64,000 nt of DNA from Azolla caroliniana (Eukaryota; Plantae; Polypodiophyta), in contig JBHGNT010000018.1 in the NCBI GenBank assembly GCA_043228905.1, positions 10,106,001-10,170,000 of the forward strand, in the 5' to 3' direction. Every line of letters begins with the position of its first letter. Position 1 is the first letter of the stretch. Position numbers and translations under genes: made by a program. Below, piece after piece: positions 25,101 through 40,100 of the stretch. The notes under the pieces are model-generated. The model was given only the letters and a program-made list of their open reading frames with translations. It ran no database searches and was not told where the DNA came from.

Positions 25101-28100
25101 CAAATGTCTGGTACAATAAATCAAAATTCAATTGTAATTAAACTAGGTCACTGCCCTATGTAACTAGGTTGTACATCTAACCATGGCTAGAGCTTACAAG
25201 TACTATAGGAATATAATGTAGAACATAAAGCAATCTGGGAGTGGATCAGCCCTCTCATAGGAAATTGTTATATGACATCAACGTCATCCATAGAGAGCCA
25301 CCACCAGGATCATGCTCAATCTCAGGAAATGATACTCTATATCTTCAACCTCTCCTCCTCTCCTATGTGATGTTCCATGTAGCGGGCCCATTGAATATGC
25401 AACTCCTCTCAATTTTTCGTAATCACAGTTGTATGAGCCCATGGGGATTGTGCCCCCATTTTCATGTTCTTGTATTCCACAATCGCGTTGACCCTAGAGG
25501 GGCTTTATTCCAGCTTAGAAGCCTCTTTCTATGACCATATGTCATAGAGCAATTCTTTTGTTTATATCATGGTTAAATTATAAATCAACCTGCACTCAAG
25601 ATTTATCCACGTGTATAGTTCATTTTGATAACAACGTTCTTGCCCTGGGAAACAAATTTAGAATTGATGTAACATATGTACCTGAGATCTCGCTTCTTGT
25701 TCCCCATAAGGCATCTTCTTTTCAGCAAGCCTTGCCTCGTCTCTCATCTGTCCCACAGAAAAAATCAATCCATGCTACATTTTTGCAGACACGTGAACAT
25801 TCTCAACAAGGGAGGCTTAGGTTTCATAATGTCAAAACATTCTAAACATTCAAGTGAAAAACAACAAGACAATTTAATTATTAAGATTTTACTGTGCAAC
25901 TGATAGATCTTTTTGCTGTCAGGAACTAATGCTTCATTGTCTGAATATGTTATATAAGAGCTCAACAAGAGAATGTAAGTTTTAATACAACAGACAAACA
26001 GTTAAGTCATCATATCCACAGAAGTGGCTCTACCGCAAGTGAAAAAAGAGTGCCTCGAAGCAGTTACGAAGGCATAGCAAAAATTGATATAATTACTTGT
26101 TGTTCCTTGAAAGGTATTGGCAATTTAGTGGCTAATGCTAGCATAATGACTTAACTAGGCAAGTATAAATTTATAAAAACTACCTCCATGTGAAAGCAGA
26201 CCATCAAAAAAGACATATAAACAGTATCCCATGGGGTATACAAGCTTCCTGGTAGAAAGTAAAAGTTGAAAAAAAAAGACCTTAACGTCCCGAACACGCT
26301 GCCAAAGTGGTGGAAGAGGATCCAGAATTGTCCGGGCAATGTAATCAGCAGACTTAACATGCTTGAAAAAAGAATGTTTTAACAGCTTTTCTGCACTTGG
26401 ACGTTTGGATGGATCTTTTACCAGACACATTGCTACCATCTCTTTAAAAGACTGCAAGCAGCACATTCTTTATCATACCTTGCATACAGCAGACAACAAA
26501 TAACATAAAAAGACAAGAGTTTCCATACCTTTGAAAATCTCTTGTCCCTCTCATAATCAAGTCCAGGTGGTGCATTTTGCAGGGTCATTAGAAGTACCTA
26601 TAACAATGAATAACCATGTATAATATATATATAATCAAACCAATTCTAAGATGAGAAAATATCAAGGGATAGCAAGAACCTTCATAGGAGGATATTTGGA
26701 GAAGGGTGCATGTCCATGTGCAAGTTCCAATGCTGTGATTCCAAATGACCATATATCTGCCCTGTAAAATAATGTGACCACTAAAGTTCTTAAGTGGAAA
26801 TGTTGATCCTGAATACTAACAAAGGTAATGGATGTGTTCGAATAAGATTCACGTACTTAAAGTCATATCCATGAACTTGCTCCATGACCTCAGGTGCCAT
26901 CCTAGGATGCCAAAAAAGAATATATATTAGTTGATAGTAAAAGTTCTAACGTTCAACTGTAAGCAAAAAGTTCAGTGCCACAATACTTCGGATCTGCTGC
27001 AACTGATATAGATATTTGCATATATATAGATAGAAAAGAATAAAAGAAAGAAAGATATATTAACATCTTTTAAGAAAGAGAAAGATATATGTATATAATA
27101 TGTATTTATATATATAGATGATGTATGTAAAATTTAGATAGAAAGAAATATATATACAAATATATCTGAATACATAAACATTTATAATTATATAAGATTT
27201 AGACAGATAGAAGGAAATAATATTGACTTCTTTTAAGAGGCCAAAATGGCTATGAGACCAAACGAGAAATTACATCTTCCAATTTTTGTTTCATTTTTAG
27301 AACAAACTCAAAGAAGCATAAATAAATATAAGGTGTCATATAGTCTCGTTAACTAAGCACTTAATATTCTGAACATAGATAAACTGAAACATCTCCAACA
27401 TACATCCATCCAAGATGGAGAGGTCTTTGAACCACAGGAAAGAATTTTGGTGCTGGGTGCCTCTATCTGTCAATGACAAGAGTGAAGGAGCTGTGTCCAG
27501 ATTGCCAGGGCCTCTTGCCGGATCTATTGTCATAGATTTTGAGTGTCCGTCTTTTAAATGTTCAGGTCGAGATCCCACTTGTGTAGCCCTTCCATTGATT
27601 TGTAGTGTGAGGAACGATGGCTAAAGAAGGTTGTGATTGCTCTTTGTGGATGAGTCATTGTAGTTGTATTGTTGTCCAACATCATCTCTCTGTCTCTTCA
27701 CTTCTAGCAAAAACAGACCTAAGCACTGTTGATCTTTGTATTCCAATACCTTGCTTAGTGGGCACCAAAGTTTTGTTTGAAGAGGCAACGGTATCTCCTT
27801 TTTCCATAAAATATAGCAAAATGGAAAACATACTATTCCTCTTATTCCAACCCCCGATGACACAATCAGCAAATTCATTCTTCCATAGATTTGCATATAC
27901 ATCTGCCTAACTCAATTTCTAACTAATGTGAAACTGAGAAAAATATGCATGTCTATCATCGCCTTACAATTTCCAGAAAGTATGCCAGCCTAGCTACATT
28001 ATCAGTAACGAAGAATAGATATTGGAGCAACACACAACAAGGGCCCATGCATGTGATAGAAACAAGTTACAATAGAGGATTGATGTGTGAGGTATCTAGA

Positions 28101-31100
28101 AAGGTCAAAGACATCATGAATAAATGAAAAGGTGCTTAACCATTGTTCACCAATTCACCGATTCCACCCATACCCACTGAAACTTAAGAACATGGAATTT
28201 CATCAACATCCAAAAATATGAAAATTTACTGATGCAAAAGGTGAAGCTAGAAAAGTACCAGCAAGGAGTTCCCACGAAGGTGATCCTGGAGCGCTGCCTA
28301 TCACCAGTATCAAACATACATGCTGATACACCAAAATCTCCCAGCTTGATTGTACCATTTCCATCAACTAAAATATTTCCCGCCTGCAATCCAGTCAATG
28401 AAGTTAAAGACAGGATCATTATCAGTAATACCATATGAATTGTTCCACATATCCAATGCTGTAAAAGTAAAAAAATGCAACAAGAAAAGCTAAAGCTTGA
28501 AAGGTCCGAAAACATACCTATAACCATTGCAAATGCTGTAAAGGTAGAAAATACAACAAAAATAGCTTCAACTTAGAAGTTCAGAAACATACCTTCACAT
28601 CTCTATGAATGTGACCCTGGTTATGAAGATACTCCAAAGCCTTCAATGTCTCTTTTAAGAATGAGGCAATAATAGGCTCTTCGAAGCCATCAGGATATGC
28701 AGCTTTCATGATGTGTAAGCATGACCCGCCTGCCATGAAGGGCATAACAACCCATAGAAATTGCTCTACCACAAACGAGCAAAACGCCTTGACAACATTA
28801 GGATGGTTTATCAAGCTCATAGTTTGCGCTTCTCTTCGAATATCATCCTAAATGAAAATTCCAAAAGTCAGATTTCTAGTTTTAGTACAGTTTATTTGTA
28901 ATTTATATTAAGAGACATTCTATAAGAATCATGATTCACATGGATATAACTTTTGGTCTCATGTCATTTTTGCCCTTTGAAGACATTTGTATAACATTTC
29001 ACTTTTGTCCACAGCCAGTCCCTCCCCCATTTGTCTCCATTCTGGATCGACCTATGCTAGAGTTCTTTCGAAGAAAAAAGTTATAATATATATAACTTGA
29101 GAATCTCACACGTGCCTGAAACCAGATTCTTTAGTCTCTTCTTAGCTTATTTACTTTTACATTTACTACATTATTTTATTTTATTTGGATTTGCTGTTCT
29201 CGAAGACAAGACAACACTTAAGATGTAATCTCTTGTTTGCTCTTATAGACAACACTATAAATGTGGATAAAACAAAAATAAAGGTAGTGTGAACCATCCA
29301 ACCTCACCAATACCCTATGCTTACATATAAAGGAGAAAATGTACAATTTGTACAAAGCTTTAAGTATCTTGGTATCAATGTACCTGCCACGAATAAATGG
29401 AGTGTATGCTTTGAGTCTAGACTTCACGTTGGTTGGATTATATGTTGGAAAATAAATGCAACCAAAGTGATACTCATGGATGGGAAGTGAAACTAATGTT
29501 ATTTAATGCCATGGTAACACAAGTTTTGCTTTATGGAGTAGAAGTGTGGAGAGGCACTATCTCTCTTAATGCATGGAATGAGATTGAGAAGATTCAAAAG
29601 ATGTTTTTAAGGAGACAATAAGGAGTAAAATCCACCACCTCCTATCAAGTTATGTTCTTGGAAACAAGCGTTTGACCTATAGAGATATTAGCGCTACAGA
29701 GAGTATATAAATACATTAAAAAAGTCAAGAATATGTCAAATCATAGATTACCACATCTTTCTTGGAATGTTGGATGTAAAGTACAAAGCAATCACAAGAG
29801 CAAAATTCTCTCATCTGGTTGGGTAGTTGACATCAAAAAATTGTTCAAATATGGGATGTGGAAGATCTCCTCGAGCTTTCGAGTGATGCTATGAAATATG
29901 TGGTTATTGAGAAAAGATTAACGGACCCACTATAGAAGAAGTGGAAAGATGCTAAAAGAACAAAATTAGAATATTACATTGCAAACATCAATCTTGAATG
30001 TGGGTTTTATATAAGGCAAGAAGGACTATTGATGGTATTCAACCTTGCCTCATTACTAACATGAGTATTAACTCTCATAGAGCCCTAACATTCCTTCTCA
30101 CCTGATCACACAACCTAGGTAATGTAGTTGCATTATGGAATCAAAATCAGCCAAATATAAAGACATGTAAGGTATGCAAGGAAGGGCTAGTAGAGGATTG
30201 TTGAGAGACAAGCTCAACATGGGCCGAATCGGCTGAAGAAGCCGAAAGCCGAATCGATTAAAGACCGATCGACTAGGCCCGAATCGGCTGAAGAAGCCGA
30301 GAGCCGAATCGAATAGAGTTCGATTCGGGTGAGCCGAGTCGGAGGGATTCCGGTAGGCCGTTGGAGGCCTATATTCCTATTTTAGTAAATAGGAATATTA
30401 TTGGCAAAATTAGTGTTGGGCTTAGTTATGAGCATTAAAGTACTAATGGTACTTGTGTCAGCCCACTTGTCAAAGCTTGTATAAAAAGTGCTCACTGTAC
30501 ACGGTGTATGTACAGAGTGTTCATTATTTGAAATTGAAGTACTGTTGTCTACTCTCTTTGTCTCTCTCTCACTCTCCGTGTTTACCTAACTATTGAGTTC
30601 CGAACAACCGATTGTGTGCTCGGTGTCTATCGCACACACTTCTGCACAGGAATACTTTCTCACAGTATCAGAGCACGAGGGTTGAAAATCCTTTGCAGCC
30701 GACAGAAAAGCAAGCGAACAAGATAGAGACAAGGTTTCTGGATTTCGGAAAGAAAAAAGACAGGAACATGGACAGAGGAATGGAAAGCTCGCTTCCGACC
30801 AAAAAGCTCAATAGGAGCAACTACGCATCTTGGTCGTCCAAGATTCACCAATACCTGCTCGGGCACGGTTACTGGATTTATGTCGAAGGAGCTAATGATG
30901 CAGCACCTGAATTGACACATAGAGATTTCCCGGCCTGGGAACATGCGGCGAGCAGAGTTTTGTACTACTTCGCATCTTGTGTGAGCGACTAGCTTTTGAG
31001 CTACATTTGGGATGCCAGGATGTCGAAGGATGCTTGGGGAAATCTGAAGAAGATTTTCACTGCAAGCACTATAGCCAGAAAGCTTCAACTCATACAAGAG

Positions 31101-34100
31101 TTGAGCAATGTCTAACAGAGAGAGATGTCGGTGGCTGATTACACCTCCAAGAAGAAGGAGATTTGCGACTCCCTCGCCTCCATCAACATGAATGTCAACG
31201 AGGGTTGGCATTTTCGCTGCAAGCACTACAGCCAGAAAGCTTCAACTCATACAAGAGTTGAGCAATGTCTTACAGAGAGAGATGTCGGTGGCTGATTACA
31301 CCTCCAAGACCAAGGAGATCTGCGACTCCCTCGCCTTCGTCAACATGAACGTCAACGAGGGTTGGCATCGGAGGGTGCAAGTTTGCCTCAGAGGGTTGGC
31401 GTCGAAGTTCAAAGCATTCCAAACGGCGGTCTGCACGAGGGAGAATATTTCTTCGTTTTTCGAGCTACAATCGATGTTGCTCATAGAAGAAAACCACTCA
31501 GGTGCGTCAACGAGTACGCACACCAACAGCAAAATGTTGTACACGAAGGAGGATAGACCCCGTGGACGTGGTGGATGAGGCGGGTCGGCGCGTAATGGAA
31601 GCAGCCGACAAGAGCAGAACTCGAGGAATAATCGAAATGCCGACAACAATTCCGGACCCTCCACGAGTAGGGGGAGTCAAGGCGGCGCCGGAGGTCTGCA
31701 AGGAAAGGCCACGACAAACTATTGGTATTGTGGCCGAAAGGCCACAAGGAGAGCGAGTGCTAGAAGAAGCACTCTAATTCGGACAAAGCCGGATCGAGCC
31801 GAGGAGACACGGATAGGCGTCAAAGATCACACTATGCCGAAGGCTCAGGGCAAGCCAAAAAGGGCCCAACCTTTGTAATGAAGCACAAAGCCAAATCAAT
31901 GGTGGTGAACACCTCAAGGTCGAACGAGGTGTGGTATGTGGATTCGGGCACATTAAACCACATGACAAATCACAAGGAGTGGTTCTCTACTCTAGACAAG
32001 CCAAGGCAACCGGAGGTCGTCGAAACTAGCAATGACACCCCTCACCCCATCGAACACATCGGAGATGTCCCTCTAAGCCATGTCAGCCAAAAGGGAATCA
32101 TGAGAAATGTCTTGCATGTGCCAACAATCACTAAGAACTTGGTGTCGATAGGACAAATTGTCGACCAAGGCATGCAAGTTCGATTTACTCACCTTGGGTA
32201 CTTCATCGAAGAAGGCAAGATCATTGCGCAAGGGCGCCGAGAAGGGACGATGTTCATCCTCGAAATGAACAACGTCGGCACCGCTATGTTCGCCAAGGGG
32301 CAAAAAGTCGAATCGGACATCAACTTGTGGCACAAGCGGTTCGGCCACGTCAACTTCCCGTGGCTTCGAGAAATGCGGACAAAGAACATCATTTTCGGCT
32401 TGCCAAAATTTAGTGGTTGAAAGAGCCAAGTCTGCAAAGCCTGCCAGTTAGGGAAGCATCACCGACTTCCGTTCCCAAATGAAAGAAATCGGAGCCGAAA
32501 CAAGCTCGATTTAATCCATTTCTATAGGGACCAGCGTAGAATGTGAGTATCGGTGGAAGTCGTTACTTTGTAACCTTCATCGATGACTACACTCAACACA
32601 CTTGGACGTGCTTGATCGAGAAGAAAAGCAAAGTCTTCCCCTGCTTCTTGAAGGTGAAAAGCCTTGCCGAATGGGAGACAGGAGGAAAGATCAAGTGCCT
32701 AAGGTCTGATGGCGGGAAAGAGTACTTTTCCGACCAGTTTTCTAGCTATCTGCAAAAGGAGGGAATTCGACACAAAACGGTATGGCCGAAAGGAAGAATC
32801 GGACGATCGAAGAAGCGGCCAAGGCCATGCTCAAGGAGAAGCATATGCCGAAGTTTTATTGGGCCGAAGTGGTACAACAACCGTATACCTACAAAATCGG
32901 ACTTTTGCAAATGGAGGAGTGTCGCCACATGTGTACTTCGGGAAGAAGCCGAATTTGGCACACTTGAGGGTATTCGGTAGCATCACATATGTGCATGTGC
33001 CAAATGAGAAACGACGGAAGTTAGACCCGAAGGCCGAGAAGTGTATCTTGGTCAGCTACTCCGATGAGGAGAAGGGTTAAAAATGTTATAATCCCCGAAC
33101 AAATGAGGTCCGAATAAGCCGGGATGAACGAATGAGGTCCGAATAAGCCGGGATGTCGTTTTCGGTGAGTCGGCTTCGTGGTGCTTGCCTTCTCCCCCAA
33201 CCCCCATCCACTCCATTCCGAATTCTGAGGATGCAGTCAATGAGGCCAAGATGCCCTTGGAGGAAGAGGAAATTGGAACTATAGAGGAGAGTCCGATCTC
33301 ATTTCGGCTAAGTGGGTCGAATGAGCGACTAAGTCGAACGGATCAGCCGGATGAAGAGCCGGCGAGTAGTGGAGACTCGGCCGTGCAGTCCCTGCGCCAA
33401 AAATCGAGGAGACAGCTTAAGCGCAAGAAGGGGAAGATGAAGATGCCAAAATACGGCAGTGAGGCTGATACATCAGATCGAAGCGAATTTGATGTGGCCA
33501 AGATCAAAGAGGGACCTCCGAAAACGGGGTTGAAATCGACTGACAAGGCCACGAAATTGGCGAGCCAAAAGTTGCGCCAATCCACCCGCCAGAAGAATCC
33601 CGTAATTTGGTACGGGTACAATGAGTATATGGTGCATCATTATGCGTATATGGCGAAGGTGGCAGAAGTGCGTGAGCCAGAGAGCTATGCCAAGGCGGCG
33701 AAGGATGCGAATTGGTATGCCGCTATGGAGGAAAAGATGCACACGCCAACGGAAAACGAGATTTGGGACCTGGTTGAAGCCGATCGAATGCAAGTGGGTG
33801 TACAAGGTCAAGTACAACGATCAACCGATATATGGCCCCATTGGTGGCCAAGGGCTACGCGCAAAAACACAGCATTGATTATGATGAGACCTTCGAGTCG
33901 GTCGTGAAGATGGCAATTGTCCGTGTATTGTTGGCGGTAGCAGCGGCAAAGGAGTGGCACTTACATCAGATGGACGTAAAGAACGCATTCTTGCAAGGTG
34001 ATCTTGAGGAACAAGTGTACATGGTACAACCCCCCGGATTTCTATCCGAACGGAACAACTTGGCAATACCGCGACGCCGAGGGAGCTTACAAGGGCCTTG

Positions 34101-37100
34101 TAAGCTGACAAGCCAACCGTAAGGGTCGAGGTGCGCAGAACCAGTTGAGTCAAGAAGCGTCGGTCTGGAGGGGTCGTGGGATGCAGGACCGAACTGGACG
34201 AGGAGTGCAAGAGAGGCGTCGGACACCAGGAGGAGTGACAAACCAGCCAGAGCTGACACGGTGGGGACTCAAGTTGAGCTTGAGGGGGAGTGTTGAGAAA
34301 CAAGCTCAACATGGGCCGAATCAGCTGAAGAAGCCGAGAGCCGAATCGAATAGAGTTCGATTCAGGTGAGCCGAGTCGGAGGGATTCCGGTAGGCCATTG
34401 GAGGCCTATATTCCTATTTTAGTAAATAGGAATATTATTGGCAGAATTAATGTTAGGCTTATTTATGAGCATTCAAGTACTAATGGTACTTGTGTCAGCC
34501 CACTTGTCAAGGCTTGTATAAAAAGTGCTCACTGAACACGGTGTATGTACAAAGTGTTCATTATTTGAAATTGAAGTATTGTTGTCTTCCCTCGCTTCGG
34601 AGACATTTCCATTCTGGATCGACCTATGCTAGAGATCTTTCGAAGACAAAAGCTATAATATACCTAACTTGAGAATCTCACATGTGCCAAAAACCAAATT
34701 CCCTCGTTTCTTCTCTTTTCATCTTATTTACTTTTATATTTACTATGTAATATTTATTTTATTTTGATTTGTTCTCAAACACGAGAAAACACTCAAGATG
34801 TAATCTCTTATTTGGTCTTATAGGCCATTTTGGCCTCTTAAAAGACATTAATATATCTTTCTTTCTTTCTCTCACTCTCTGTGTTTACCTAACTGTCGAG
34901 TTCCGAACAACCGACTGCGTGCTTAGTGTCTATCGCATACGCTTTTGTGCACGAATATTTTCTCAAGGATGAATATCACTTGCTTTTTACATGCTCTGCA
35001 TATAGTGCAATTCGTGAAAGCTATAATCATATGTTAAGAGGGTTTGACAGCTTCAGTATGATACTAAAGAGAACATCTAGAAGATTGAGCTCATATGTGT
35101 ATGCCTTATTCGAACACCGAAACTTGGTGCTTCAATGTATGAAATATCTCTTCTTAGGAAGGAGACACACATAAGATAACTTTTGTACTTAGGTCCTATG
35201 AGACAATAATACAGCCACACAAGCTCATCCACATAGGACAATCACAACTTTCTTTAGCCCCATCACTCTTACTAATGCTACGAGTCAATCAAGGGATACA
35301 GAAATGGGCTCCCAACTACGACATAACAAAGGGGTTACAATAGATCAGGCAATAGTAATTTGTCGCGCACATAAGATAACTTTTGTACTTAGGTCCTATG
35401 AGACAATAATACAGTCACACAAGCTCATCCACATAGGACAATCACAACTTTCTTTAGCCCCATCACTCCTACTAATGCTACGAGTCAATCAAGGGATACA
35501 AAAATGGGCTCCCAACTACAACATAACAAAGGGGTTACAATAGATCAGGCAATAGCAATTTGTCGCGCACGTAGGCCCCGGCCCCATGAACCACGAAGCC
35601 ATTATCTCCCACCATCCCAGGTGCTTCTCTTGGTTCGGAGACCTCTCCATTCTGGATCGGCCTATGGTAGAGATCTTTCGAAGACAAAAGTTACAATATA
35701 TCTAACTTGAGAATCTTACATGTGCCGAAAACCAGATTCCCTCGTCTGTTTTTATCTTATTTAATTTTATATTTACTGAGTAATACTTATTTTATTTTGA
35801 TTTGTTGTTCTCAAAGACAAGACAACACTTAAGATGTAATCTCTTGTTTGTTCTTATTGGCCATTTTGGCCTCTTAAAAGACGTTAATATATCTTTCTTT
35901 CTATGGATGCTACAAAATATGTATCTATCTATCTATCTATAGGCCATTTTGGCTTCTTAAAAGACATAACATATCTTTCTTTCTTTCTGCTATGTTTTCT
36001 ACCACATATTTCCCCTTGCTCCTATGTGGCTTTCTACCCTGCATGCATCCTTTTCTCCTTGGCATTTTTTGCCAAAGGTAACAATTTCTATGCTCTGCCC
36101 ATGGCTGCCCTCTTGCTACCAACTGGTTTGCATATTCCAAGCTGAGAGAAAGAAGAAAGAAAGAAAGATATATTAATGTCTTTTAAGAGACCAAAATGGC
36201 CTATAAGACCAAACAAGAGATTACAACTTAAGTGTTGTCTCATCTTTGAGAACAACAAATAAATAAATAAGTAAATAATACTCCGTAAATATAAAAGTAT
36301 ATAAGATCAAAAGAGAGGTGGGAATCTAGCTTTCGGCACATGTGAGATTCTCAAGTTAGATATATTGTAGCTTTTGTCTTCGACAGATCTCTAGCATAGG
36401 TCGATCCAGAATGGAAATGTCTCCAAAGCGAGGGAAGCACATACGATGGCGGGAGATAATGGCTTTTATCTGTCGATGACAAGGGTGTAGAGGTCGTGAT
36501 CCATGGGGCCAGGCCCTATGTGCACGGCAAATTGCTATTGCCTGATCAATTGTAACCCCTTTGTTATGTCCTGGTCGGGAGCCCATTTGTGTATCCGGTG
36601 ATTGACTTGTAGCATTAGTAGGAGTGATGGGGCTAAAGAAAGTTGTGATTGTTCTTTGTGGATGAGCTTGTGTGGTTGTATTCTTCAACAACTGGGGAAA
36701 GGGATTGCCCATTGACAGCAATTCCTGCTCATGTTTGTAGTACCTTTCTCATAGTGTTAACCTCCCCTGTGCCAAAGCCTAGTGAGAAGTCTCCTTGATG
36801 GGAGAAAAAGCTTTTAGATCTTCTCATCTAGATGCAACAATTGAACCACGCACCACAAAAAGAGTTACAAACAAGGAAAAAAATGTACATTCAAGACAAT
36901 TTTAACACTCAAACACAAAAAGTAAATAATTTGGACCAATATGTCAAGGTCAACATCAACACTCAAACACGGCGATTTGATGAAATACAAACAAAATACA
37001 AGGAATCAGGAATGTGCTCCAGGCAAACAATTTGTGCAAGATGATATTGCAAATTCAAAAAGAACAAAAATTCAAGCTGATAAAGAAATTCAAATTTTGG

Positions 37101-40100
37101 GTTGGAAGGACCAAGGATAAAATTCAAGATTCATGATGGAGGGACAAAGGATAACTGGGTTACTGGCAAGACCCAAGGGTCCTCGAGGAGAACAAGATGA
37201 ACAATGATGCATATCTTCCCAACTAATAATATTCCAAACATGCCATCCCAATTATTGACATAGAATCCCCTAGTAAGGATCACAACGAAACACATAAAAT
37301 TGCAATATGATAACCTGCAAGATAATATCAAATCAGTAGCAAAAATGATCTTTTAAAATAACAATGTGGATGCCAGACAAGCTCACACCAGTACAAATAT
37401 GAATAGGAAGCGAGAGTTGGTGATCTATGTAGCAAAAACACAAGGAAAATGGGCAGTTTATTTTCATGACATTGAAGTCATTGAAGAATCCAAAAGCATA
37501 AAAGCTAGTTTATAATACATAGAAATGTACGTGATAATCTTTTTTGTATCGTCAATACTATCAGTTCTTTCTTTTCTATTTTCTATCTACATTGGAAAGT
37601 GCAGAAACATTGCTCTTGGTTGGTCCCACAGGCAGAGTCATGCCACCTCAGAGAATTACACACGAAAGGCATTCGAAAGATCAAAGAAACAATGAAACAA
37701 TAACAGAAAAGGGAGAAGAACTGGGGTGCTCAAACAACAATAACCTCAACAGTGAGAACTGCCCACCCTTCCAAAACTCTAAATCTCTATAAACTAGTGA
37801 ATAGAACAAGATATTGCAGCACAACCTATGGAAAAACTATACTCAAAAGACTTAGATTACATGAAGGGAGCCTCTTCTTACAAACACTTCATAAGGTTCT
37901 GAAAGGATTCATATAAAGACAAACATAGTGTTTCTTCAATTCCACATCCTGATAGCACAATTGGCAAATCCATTCTTCTATATATTTGAATGCATTATTT
38001 GCCTGTCTCGATCTCAAAATGATGTGAAGAGGTCTTAAGCTGCCCTATCACATTGTAAAGCATATCAGATAGATGTGCATCAACACAAGAGGGTCTTGTA
38101 GTGGGCAATTCTCATACCAAGAGGCATCATCGGACTCATCCACATTGTTTCATTGTCCAATTTAATGATATAGATTTGAATTACTCTATTCTTTTCCGCT
38201 TTGATCTGGTCCAATTATGAGAAATCCAAGCTCTATTGAAATGGGTGCACGGCATTTATACTTATACCATGTAATTTGTTAATATTCTTGCGTTTCAACA
38301 AGCTAAATATAATTATTTCCTTGTTCTGCTAGCTGTTTTGATGGCATAAGTGCCAACCTTGAGTAACTTCTCTTTAGGACCTCTCAAATCTGGTGGATAT
38401 CAATCACTGATTAGAATAAGGGCATTTGGGAGAGCAGGTGGAAGAATACTTAAGTACTATAACTGGAATGTTTCATATGACAGAGAAGCCCTGGGGAGGG
38501 TGGACGGCTAGTGAGTGAGGAATCATATTCGCAACTACACTCCACCCAAGGATGAACGAATAAATAGAAAAACTTGGTGAATAAGAAATCAAACAACAAA
38601 GCTCAAAATACTTTTTTTTAACATCTCTTAAGGGGCCAAAAGTTCCTACAAGATAGAAAGAAAGAAAGAAATATATCTTAACGTCTTTTAAGAGGCCAAA
38701 ATGGCCTATAAGACCAAATAAGAGATTGCATCTTAAGTGTTGTCTCGTCTTTGAGAACAAATCAAAATAAAATAAATATTACACAGTAAATATAAAAGTA
38801 AATAACATGAAAAGAAAAGAAATGAGGGAATCTGGTTTTTGGCACATGTGAGATCCTCAAGTTAGGTATATTGTAGCTTTTGTCTTCGAAAGATCTCTAG
38901 CATAGGTCGATCCAGTATGGAAATGTATCCGAAGCGAGGGAAGCACCTACGATGGCGGGAGATAATGGCTTTTATCTGTCGATGACAAGGGTGTCGAGGT
39001 CATGGTCCATAGGGCCGAGGCCTACGTGCACAGCAAATTGCCATTGCCCGATCAATTGTAACCCCTTTGTTATGTCCTGGTCTGAAGCCCATTTGTGTAT
39101 CCCGGGGTTAACTTCTAGCATTAGGAGTGATGGGGCTAAACAAAGTTGTGATTGTTCTTTGTGGATGGGCTTGTGTGGCTGTACTCTTCAACAACTTTTC
39201 CCGATGTCTCTTGAGCTCTAGCAAGAAAAGTCCTAGGCATTGTTGGTCCTCATATTCCATTACCTTGCGTAGTGAGCCAAAGCCTTTTTTAAAGAGGCAA
39301 TGGTATCACCCTCTAATTTCATAAAAGACACTACAATGACAAACATAGTGTTCTTCAGATTCCACTCCTTGATGACACAACTGGCAAATTCTCTCTTCTA
39401 GGGGTAGTCGTGTATATCTGCCTACCTCAATCTGTAACTGATGTGATGAAGTTCGCAGCTGCCCTATCACACTGATGTATGTCCATATAAGGTGGCTTGA
39501 TGACAAATCCATCCTCCGATGTATGTAAGAAGTGTGTCTTATAGTGGACCATCTTTGTACCAAGTGGTATTTTGGGGCTGATCCATGTTATCTTGTTTTC
39601 CAAGTTAATAATATCAGTTCGGATCACTCTATTCTTTTCCACTTTGGTCATATTTAAATGGGGACAGTCCAAGCAAGCTATATTGGAACGGGGGTAGTAC
39701 ATTTATACTCATGCCATGTGACTCGAACCATTGCTGCATTTCAGCATACCAACAATGACTATCTCCATTTTCAGCCAGTTGTTTTGATGACATAAGTGCC
39801 AACCTTGGGTACCTTCGTATAGGGAGCTCCCAAAGACGTTCAATAAATGTCACTGATCGGAACAACGCCTCGGTTATTATAGGTGTTGCTCCCATCTCTG
39901 CCCGGATTATATCGTGGGGCGCCGATGCTTTGCTCCTTATCATGCAAGCAATCATTGACACTAAAGGTATCTCTAAATCTTTCCAATGATTTGCCTTGTT
40001 AAGACTCGGTCCCCATGTCTCTACTCCATAGAGAAGAGTTGGTGTGACAAGTGTATCAAATAACCATAGCTTAGTCCGTGGCTCTTGGAACTGCCAATGT

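Larger units (their letters stand above)
29250..35200 (+). mobile_element. Degenerate RTE/RTEX-like LINE (family A) split by a copia insertion
   Basis: [14 protein letters not shown]. Removing 30199-34970 restores the zinc knuckle [19 protein letters not shown]. Confidence 0.8.
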
